Of a DNA stretch of 64,000 bases, positions 57,701-64,000 are shown in pieces (the stretch's first letter is position 1; each line of letters opens with the position of its first letter). The notes under the pieces are model-generated. The model ran no database searches. It had not been told where the DNA came from and saw only the letters and a list, made by a program, of their open reading frames with translations. The position numbers were made by a program, and so were the translations under genes. The stretch is from a virus: positions 32,001 to 96,000 of IMG/VR virus record IMGVR_UViG_3300033388_002987; one strand, given 5' to 3'.

Positions 57701-60574
57701 AAGCTCTTCTGTCACAGTAGCAGCCTCTATAGTAATAGCAAACCTATGTAGCTTCTTACCTTGAGGATTAAATGTATTAGAGTCTAATATGAATCTACCA
57801 TTCTTAACAAATTTGTAAGGGAAGTACATCTCTGTCACACCAGACTCCTGCATCTGCTTGTGCCAATCTTCTAAGAAATCCATATCACTTTCTATAGCAA
57901 AGTTCTTACCATTAACACTTGGCTTAATAAGGTCATGTACTGTATTAGGGTCAACCCATCCTAGTAACACTCTTAACTGTTGTTTACCTTCTTCAGTCTT
58001 TGTCATCTCAAAGTAAGAGTCCATATAACCATCAGTCCATTCCCAGCTAGTAGCCTCTTGCTTATTAACTGCTTCTACAGTCTTAGTAGCTGTATCATAA
58101 TGCTTACCAATATCTGAGGAGTTACGTACAGTACGCTCTCTCAACGGTGCAGTAGTAGAAGGATATCTCATAGAAGTCTCTGTACCAAGTACTTTATTAG
58201 CATATCTACTACCAATACTTAACAGTTTATTCTTTCTAGGATTATCAAACCAATCGTTAGCACCAGTAAACTTAAAGTGGCCAACACTCACATCAACACC
58301 TTCTTGCTCACCAAATATCTCCGATGATTTCTTAACACCTGTCTCTATTAACTTATTATCTTCCATAGCAGCAAGTGCAGTAAGTCCTAACTCAGTTTTG
58401 AACTTAGCTTCCGTAACTTCTCTATTCTCACCTTCAACATCTTTAATCTTAAGCCCAAGGTTCTTATATATAATACTACCAATACTATTAGCGGCTGTTG
58501 ATGTTAATCCATCAATATCCCCAACTCTTTCACGCTCTTCTTTAGTTAAAGAATCCTCTACATTCTTACCAAGTAATCTATTTATATCTTCATCAGTCCT
58601 TTTACTTGCTCTTAAACTTCCATAGTTAACCATCCAATCATTGATAGCTAATGCCATTGCAGTAATAACTTCCTTAGGAAGTGTATAGTTACCAGGCTCT
58701 CCTTGTAATAGTAACCTCGTAAGAGATTGGTATGCTTCGGACGGTGTATTACTTGTAACATCTAAGTCAGATATCCATCTTTGATCAAGTCCTTGTTTAA
58801 CGAATCTTCTTATGTACTTCTCAGTAGTATTAGTAAGCTTCTTAGCACCATCTAAATACTTAGCTTCTAAACCTTCTCCAACAGTTTGTTTTATAGCTTC
58901 AAAACCTTCTCCAAATATATTAGCAACAACATTTAAGTTATTGTATACCTTCTTAACAGTAAAGAAATCTGAAAGTCTTACAGCTTCAGCATCTTTCTTA
59001 AACCTTCTAGCAGGCTTATTTGCTAATAGTCTATCACCAATAGTACCTTCAAGACCTAACTCAGAAAGTACCTTATCAGCTCTCTTCTCAAGCTTAATAA
59101 TTTCTTTACTAGTTTTAATTCGCTCAGTAATAGTCTCGGTAGCTTTTGCATCTTCTAACCATTTAATATCTTCACGGATAGCAGCTAACTCTTTATTAAG
59201 CTCTGCAGTATTTATTGTTGTAGTTATAGGCTCTTTTACCTTAACTTCAGTTACTTCCTCAACAGGTGCTTGTGCTTCAGCATCTAGACGCTCTGCTTCA
59301 GCTATATCGTCAGCACTATAGTCTTCGTACTTCTCTATACCATCCTTAGTCTTAGTAATAAAAGCTTCGTCTCTAGCTTTATCCTGAGCATCTTCAGTAC
59401 CACCAATATCCGCATTATCTTTAGTAGCAGCTTTTACTTTCTCTACTTGAGTATTAGGCTTACCTAATCTGTACTTATACGTCTTACCATTTTTAAGTTC
59501 AGCTCTTACTTCGTCTAGGAACTTAGTAACTTCAGCTCTTTTCTTAGCAGTCCATGGCTTAAGCTCAGCGTGCTCTTTAGCTAATTTATTAACTTTATTT
59601 TTAACGGCAACCTTTAACTTAGAAGTATCTATACTAAAAGTATCTTTAAACTTTGATTCTTTTTTAGGTTTAGTTTTTTCAGGAGTAGTAGTATCTTTTT
59701 CTGAAATTTCAGCAACCTTTGGTGCCTGCTCGTCCAACATCTTTAAATTAGCATCTAATAGAACATCAAATAGATTATTGAGCTCTTCACCTTTAAATCC
59801 TAATATCTGTAATACATTATTAAGAACAACTTCATACATATTACTAAGTCTACTAATTGGCTTACCAGGAACTACACTCATAAGTTCTTTCATAAATTCT
59901 GGGTTTGATAACGCCTCTGCCAGAAACTCATCAACATTAGTTTCCCAATATGTGCTCTTAAACTTTAACTTATCTTTATTAGTAAGTAGGTAAGTGTAAA
60001 TATCCTCTATACGCTTAGTAGCTGGCTCGTTTGGGTTAGAGCTCATGTACTCTATAGCACCTGCGTGTACAAGCTCATGCAGCAGAAAGTGTGTCCCTCT
60101 AGCCTCTTTAATCTGGTTAAATACGTTTTCTACTTCAGCATCCAGCCTACGAGTCATATCCTCTTCAGTCTGTAACGTACCAACGCCGTCTAGTGTTCCA
60201 TCAGTAACTTGCTTATAGAAGTCAATAGCTATCTGCTTCTTAACATCCACATCAACTACACTAGCAACTTCAACGCCTTTACCAACACTAAATCTGGCAG
60301 GGCTAAATTGCTTAATACCAGTACGTATTTGGCCTAAAGTATATGCAACGCTGTCTGTGAACTTAACCCCAGTAACATCTCTTATAAGACTACCAAAGCC
60401 CTCACTAAACTCTTGTAAGCTAGTATCACTAGCAGACTTCCCTGCAGTTTTTACTACAAGCTTACCAAACAGTTTTTCAGCTACTTTAGCGTTATTAAGT
60501 ATTCTTTCAATCTTCACCCTAGCAGCGGGTGTGCCTTGTAGTAGTGCAATAGCCTCTTTTAGTTGACAAGCCAC
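54746..60574 (-). CDS. Virion-encapsidated single-subunit (T7/N4-type) RNA polymerase flanked by two zincin-like domains
   Basis: KNGR, motif A ETDAVTSG (~57400-57424), motif B RNFMKNPFMVFNYGSG (~57046-57093), motif C VHDAN (~56282-56296), and HELVH twice. GTG start. Confidence 0.85.
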   Translation of the reverse strand: MACQLKEAIALLQGTPAARVKIERILNNAKVAEKLFGKLVVKTAGKSASDTSLQEFSEGFGSLIRDVTGVKFTDSVAYTLGQIRTGIKQFSPARFSVGKGVEVASVVDVDVKKQIAIDFYKQVTDGTLDGVGTLQTEEDMTRRLDAEVENVFNQIKEARGTHFLLHELVHAGAIEYMSSNPNEPATKRIEDIYTYLLTNKDKLKFKSTYWETNVDEFLAEALSNPEFMKELMSVVPGKPISRLSNMYEVVLNNVLQILGFKGEELNNLFDVLLDANLKMLDEQAPKVAEISEKDTTTPEKTKPKKESKFKDTFSIDTSKLKVAVKNKVNKLAKEHAELKPWTAKKRAEVTKFLDEVRAELKNGKTYKYRLGKPNTQVEKVKAATKDNADIGGTEDAQDKARDEAFITKTKDGIEKYEDYSADDIAEAERLDAEAQAPVEEVTEVKVKEPITTTINTAELNKELAAIREDIKWLEDAKATETITERIKTSKEIIKLEKRADKVLSELGLEGTIGDRLLANKPARRFKKDAEAVRLSDFFTVKKVYNNLNVVANIFGEGFEAIKQTVGEGLEAKYLDGAKKLTNTTEKYIRRFVKQGLDQRWISDLDVTSNTPSEAYQSLTRLLLQGEPGNYTLPKEVITAMALAINDWMVNYGSLRASKRTDEDINRLLGKNVEDSLTKEERERVGDIDGLTSTAANSIGSIIYKNLGLKIKDVEGENREVTEAKFKTELGLTALAAMEDNKLIETGVKKSSEIFGEQEGVDVSVGHFKFTGANDWFDNPRKNKLLSIGSRYANKVLGTETSMRYPSTTAPLRERTVRNSSDIGKHYDTATKTVEAVNKQEATSWEWTDGYMDSYFEMTKTEEGKQQLRVLLGWVDPNTVHDLIKPSVNGKNFAIESDMDFLEDWHKQMQESGVTEMYFPYKFVKNGRFILDSNTFNPQGKKLHRFAITIEAATVTEELMDDHRLALAMAFGVDIDKKSKANALKEWSELKTKLDKMITDGKTDLEILIEVQDNGWSHDIEHTIGGLAELRATNKYEAKNKTLVGFESKLPIETDAVTSGFILKILQMPIIKDVKNFLAKGGVFFDFNENTSYGRQAEQAGYTDAYNTPAEVMTRKLPKIAKTIEDNLPKGDRRSWYVRANKRATELALSTGVDEAIKTISRNFMKNPFMVFNYGSGLPKIISTIADDAIESLYTNISSTQDVAQVIAIIKDSGVSMKNTKDGWVAADGSKATIQLALNEAKKVQEMSEAQRKKYTIPEVLADNIRNNIKASVGTALEETFTETYGDYIEAGRKINNSFTMMFRLFKQKLDKAVDNKQKELGRHLKDSEINEIIGTLEESLPAIKTVLGDAKSKMMIFGNEAVNYDLLKGVKESGQANVRLADNKRLSGQAKRYKMVESFASGAVVPIHFIDGSIQSLVLSEVEGLGVHDANVLAIDKVTEGTKLYNKGTAQVSTKYSMVTEILNSVNSSINAASKEDIKAVDAEYVKESTSDKDKASTVESIQQDLVKLHDESETARTELLNEDIRFEHAAYEGAHYDRVGETYTRQEPNVKLKEKTTIPRPVVGSSTESYPNEFVSPIDNAMDSGILSDNKGSDITNFHISPVDLARKGNPFHSAAYGQYKQMSDMYSAKIMDVMGTRIVEDPEFITRQFTEGYLGKIILGQYTKDTNTIVLGDLNGEVVKEALSSHYSKDLKPTSTTKEVADVKELTDENYKIISKYINEQDAEYVRFHELVHAGSVAYMQAHPEDKLTKRVEDLFWEVFNMLPDPDMDALWMQSKEEFLAEGMSNPKVIKMLASIKPANPKEYFTNALDVLIDTVLTMLGMQGKRKGTMHDYLVDSFTAMVLEQEQVKKDVKEIKQVNAKALTGTGPRIVWTERLKKSWMNGPTLPKVRLEAVSDKDVAIAEGNKVREVVSGDIASDVFSHKFIAGEVARTTNKIKNCK

Positions 60575-60762
60575 TACGAGTTACCTAACAACTTAGACAG
60601 CTCTTTCTCTGCAAGTGCTTTGATAATAGAATTGACAGGTTGTTGGACACTATCATAGGTACGGCTAGTTCCATTGTGATGCTCTTTAACTATCAATACT
60701 CTCTCTTCCAGAGGAAGAGAAGGTGAAACATATAAGTACCCAGGATTTTCTATAAATGTCAT
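60574..60762 (-). CDS. 62-aa hypothetical protein wedged between the giant virion genes
   Basis: AAGGA RBS, TAATG overlap upstream and TAGTG overlap downstream. Confidence 0.6.
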   Translation of the reverse strand: MTFIENPGYLYVSPSLPLEERVLIVKEHHNGTSRTYDSVQQPVNSIIKALAEKELSKLLGNS

Positions 60763-63700
60763 TAACAGTCCTTCATGTCTATATTATTTTTAGCTAACAG
60801 TTGCTGTAACCCTTTACTAGATTTAACTAGTAACATTACATTATCTCTAATTGTGGCATTATACTCAGATTCAGTATCTTTCGCAACACTGAGTATTTCG
60901 TTAACTGGTTTTGCTCTAGCCTTTTTCTTAGCTTTTTCTATCTTAACATCTAAAGCATCAAGCTCTTTATTAGTCTCATCCAACTCATCTTGTGTAGCAA
61001 TAGGGTCAGCCTCCACAGGAGCCTCTTTAGTCTCAACAGGAGTACTTACCTTAGAAGTTTCTTTTGGAGCCTCCCCTGGTCTAATCATATTCCTTATAGA
61101 TGTATCCTCAGCACCAGTAGGATCTTCTATAAAGTTGTCTTCAAATCCATATCTACTATATAACCGTACAAGACGACTTAAAGTACCTACCTCAGGATCT
61201 GCTGTCAAAAGTATATCACTATCACCAAAGTTCTCTATAACCTTGGAAAGCAGTTTACTTGCAAGGCCCTTACCTCTACTGTCAGCACCTACAAATAGTT
61301 TACTCAAAGTAATGTCACCATTATCGCTTTGTACGATGTGTGCTGTGGCATTACCACCTATACTGTAAATTGTAGTATCACCTTTTTTAGTGATCTTAAT
61401 AGCCTCCACAAGAGCCTTCGTATCCTCTTTAGAAGTACTTACCTCAGTATCTTCTTTTGGAGCCTTCTTGACCTCTTTCTGTGACTTTGGTGACGCAGTC
61501 TTACCATTAGCAATTCGCTCAAGTTTATCTAACTCAACTTGCTCTTTCTTCATAACCTCTGCAAGATTAGCAACTATTGCCACACCCTTATAAGGTCTAC
61601 CAGCAAGCATTACTTTAATATCATTAGAAGTATTAACAGCTACAGACCTAGCTGCAGCCTTCGTATCCTCATCCCAAGTCTTCATTATCTTTATATTAGG
61701 GTTAACATCTTTAGCACCAACAACCCAAGGCATACCTTGCTCTACATCCCACTCTTCAACTGCACTAACAAACGTAGCAATCTTACTACGCTGACTTGCA
61801 ACAAAGTTATTAATCTTTTCAGTGGCATTAGCATTAGGACCTTTAAGTAGCTGATTAGCAAACTGTAAAACCCCAAGGCCAAACCTACCACCACCAATTA
61901 GTTTCTCTCTAGTAACATCGTATAACGTACTAACAGATGTCTTCTTAAGCTCAAGTAAATCAACTTGCATCTGATTTAATTCAGCCATAGCAGCTTCATC
62001 CTCAAGCACGCTATTTATATGTTTTAACGAGGCAGACGAGCTACCTATAATCTGAGCTACTTTAGTATCTAAATCAATATCTTTACTATTAATAATACTA
62101 TCAAGCTCTTTACTACTAGTAGCAGTAGACAGTGCTGTCAACTGTCTTATCTTAGCATCCACAGCCTTAAGTCTTAGTGGGCCAGCTCCTGCATCCTTTA
62201 ACTCTTGACGCATCTCTGTCATAGCATTAATACCAGTAGCAACAGCCTCTAACATACCAGGCATATAATCAGTAGTATCACCGCCAGCTTCTCTAGCAAC
62301 AAGCTCTGCAGTGTAATCCTTTATTTGCTGTACGCCATCGGCGTGCATATTATCAAAGTCTTTACTAATAGCTTGTAAGCCTTCAAACTGCTTCTCATTA
62401 AGGCTCTCTAAGTCTTCTAAAGACTCACCTTCAACAGAGTAAGTAGCCATATCTGCTTCTTCTAAAGCAATAGCAGATGCTTTATCAACATCTTTAGGTA
62501 CAGCTCCCCCAGTAGTACTTACATCGTAAGTATCTACATTAAGGTCACCTTGATCTCTATTACGTTGCTTGTTAGCTTCATCAATACCATCTAGGTCTGG
62601 ATTAGCTTTTTTAGCAGCAGTTACTGTGTCGTGGCCTGGTCTTACAGCTTCCTTAGCTTTAGTAGCTAGGTTTTTAGCTTTGTCAACTGCAGCTTCAGTC
62701 TTACCCCCAACTATCTCAGCACCTCTACCTAGTACCTCACCACCACCTTTAAGGGCAGCACCCATACCGAATCCAATAGCAGCTTGATGTGCAGTCTCAG
62801 GATCAGTAACTATATCAAGTACAGACCTCTCACCTTCTTTTTGTGTGGCAATAGCCTCACTTACAGCTTCAGCTCCCTCTTGTAAGAACTCTCCACCACC
62901 TGATTTAGTAATTCTTTTAATAACACCACTCTTAGTGCCATCAGCAGTTTTCTTTACTATATCACTGATACCAGATTTTATCAGTAACTTCTCTGGCACT
63001 AGTACAGCTATCTCGGTAAAGAATGTCTGAGCAAGTTTACCTTTACTCATTGGTTTATTATTATTCTTTTCATACTCTTCAGCGTAGTTTGATGTTCTAG
63101 TAGCAGCAACTACTGCAGGTCCACCTGGAATACCTAGTGACAATATCTCACCAGCACTACCTGCAAGGATTCTGTCTAGTTGGCTCATACCATGTGCAAG
63201 TGACTTAATATAGTCAACAGGGTTATCTGCGTTCTTCCATAACTCAGCAGACTCTTGCATAGCAGTATTATGCTCATTAATAGTTTCTTCAGATACACCA
63301 AACTCTCTTTGAGCTGTAGTAGTATCACGAATACCTTCTATTGTTTTACGTGAATCTTCATCTATAAAAATACCTGCTTTACCATCACCACCTAATGACT
63401 TCTCAACTTCAGATGCCCAAGCATCATACTTAGCAATATTCTCTTTACCTACCAGGTTCTCTAACATATTAACAGTATCAGCACCAAATTTAGCTACAGC
63501 AGCTTGCGCTATATCAATAGTCTCACCGATTCGGCCTTCGGAATCTGACTTAATCAATGATGCATACGCTTCAGTACTTGATGCTTTTGTAGGAGTTAGC
63601 GGCATTTTACCAATACTAGTTATTCCATCTACAACTGTATCATCTGGTAGTGAGTACTTACCACCAATAGTACTTATCACACCTAAGTTTCTACCATAGT

Positions 63701-64000
63701 TATTACGTGGACTTTTATCAAAAGGATTAGGATTAACTTCTTGGTAACTCTCAACTATTGCAGGCAAGTTACTGTAGGATGTCCCAGCTCCTAATATCTC
63801 TTTAGCAGAAGCTGCTTGAGCATTACCAGCAGCAAACACATCTTGCACTGATGCAGGCCTACCCAATTCAACAGATAATAGTGCTTGTTGTTCTTGGATC
63901 CTGTTTACGTTACGTGGGTTATTGAACCAAGATTGGCCCTTTGTAGTTTCGTATGTATCTATCCCAAGAGCTCTTGTAGAGCTAGGGTCATCACGTAATG
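60762..64000 (-). CDS. Large virion (ejection-type) protein with a C-terminal GNAT acetyltransferase domain; 5' end outside the window
   Basis: The frame stays open for 44 more codons from the track's TTG at 63866 to the window edge. GNAT motifs LFV..SRGKGLASKLL and LYSRYGF; A/G-rich helical segments. Confidence 0.75.
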   Translation of the reverse strand, partial: LRDDPSSTRALGIDTYETTKGQSWFNNPRNVNRIQEQQALLSVELGRPASVQDVFAAGNAQAASAKEILGAGTSYSNLPAIVESYQEVNPNPFDKSPRNNYGRNLGVISTIGGKYSLPDDTVVDGITSIGKMPLTPTKASSTEAYASLIKSDSEGRIGETIDIAQAAVAKFGADTVNMLENLVGKENIAKYDAWASEVEKSLGGDGKAGIFIDEDSRKTIEGIRDTTTAQREFGVSEETINEHNTAMQESAELWKNADNPVDYIKSLAHGMSQLDRILAGSAGEILSLGIPGGPAVVAATRTSNYAEEYEKNNNKPMSKGKLAQTFFTEIAVLVPEKLLIKSGISDIVKKTADGTKSGVIKRITKSGGGEFLQEGAEAVSEAIATQKEGERSVLDIVTDPETAHQAAIGFGMGAALKGGGEVLGRGAEIVGGKTEAAVDKAKNLATKAKEAVRPGHDTVTAAKKANPDLDGIDEANKQRNRDQGDLNVDTYDVSTTGGAVPKDVDKASAIALEEADMATYSVEGESLEDLESLNEKQFEGLQAISKDFDNMHADGVQQIKDYTAELVAREAGGDTTDYMPGMLEAVATGINAMTEMRQELKDAGAGPLRLKAVDAKIRQLTALSTATSSKELDSIINSKDIDLDTKVAQIIGSSSASLKHINSVLEDEAAMAELNQMQVDLLELKKTSVSTLYDVTREKLIGGGRFGLGVLQFANQLLKGPNANATEKINNFVASQRSKIATFVSAVEEWDVEQGMPWVVGAKDVNPNIKIMKTWDEDTKAAARSVAVNTSNDIKVMLAGRPYKGVAIVANLAEVMKKEQVELDKLERIANGKTASPKSQKEVKKAPKEDTEVSTSKEDTKALVEAIKITKKGDTTIYSIGGNATAHIVQSDNGDITLSKLFVGADSRGKGLASKLLSKVIENFGDSDILLTADPEVGTLSRLVRLYSRYGFEDNFIEDPTGAEDTSIRNMIRPGEAPKETSKVSTPVETKEAPVEADPIATQDELDETNKELDALDVKIEKAKKKARAKPVNEILSVAKDTESEYNATIRDNVMLLVKSSKGLQQLLAKNNIDMKDC

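Noticed and set aside
1837-63030. Antisense and nested ORFs in the track (e.g. 3038-3331, 24467-24832, 58812-59321, 60775-61368)
   Set aside because: They lie opposite or inside strong genes, lack RBSs and have the low-complexity shadow composition expected from codon bias.
1-64000. Stop-codon reassignment
   Set aside because: Conserved genes (nrdA, nrdB, nadV, thyX, RNAP) read full length in the standard code, and the gene breaks are explained by an intron or by independent starts.

Overview
This is a 64-kb internal segment of an AT-rich, probably lytic dsDNA phage with an N4-like (Schitoviridae-like) gene set. AAGGA ribosome-binding sites, a Campylobacter-type ThyX, TATAAT-only promoters and TTATTCACA boxes suggest a Campylobacterota host (inference). 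Bases 1-50,149 carry plus-strand early, replication and metabolic genes: two MoxR-type AAA+/VWA modules, thyX, a NAD salvage trio (NMNAT, Nudix, NAMPT), RNA ligase plus phosphoesterase, exonucleases, primase-helicase, Sak4-like ATPase, SSB, nrdAB, DNA ligase, kinase, ClpP, PhoH, an SF1 helicase and several homing endonucleases. Bases 50,439-64,000 carry minus-strand giant virion proteins, including a T7/N4-type virion RNA polymerase. Highlights: (1) the N4-type virion RNAP polyprotein appears split into three genes whose only four cysteines sit at the facing termini, suggesting head-to-tail disulfide stitching; (2) a ~1.5-kb and a ~0.4-kb densely structured non-coding RNA region; (3) a family A DNA polymerase split into two intact genes 16 kb apart, with no intein or intron; (4) a DnaA-box cluster where the two transcription blocks converge; (5) a group I intron with an HNH ORF inside a MoxR AAA+ gene. 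All family assignments come from motif recognition by eye; no database searches or folding calculations were run.
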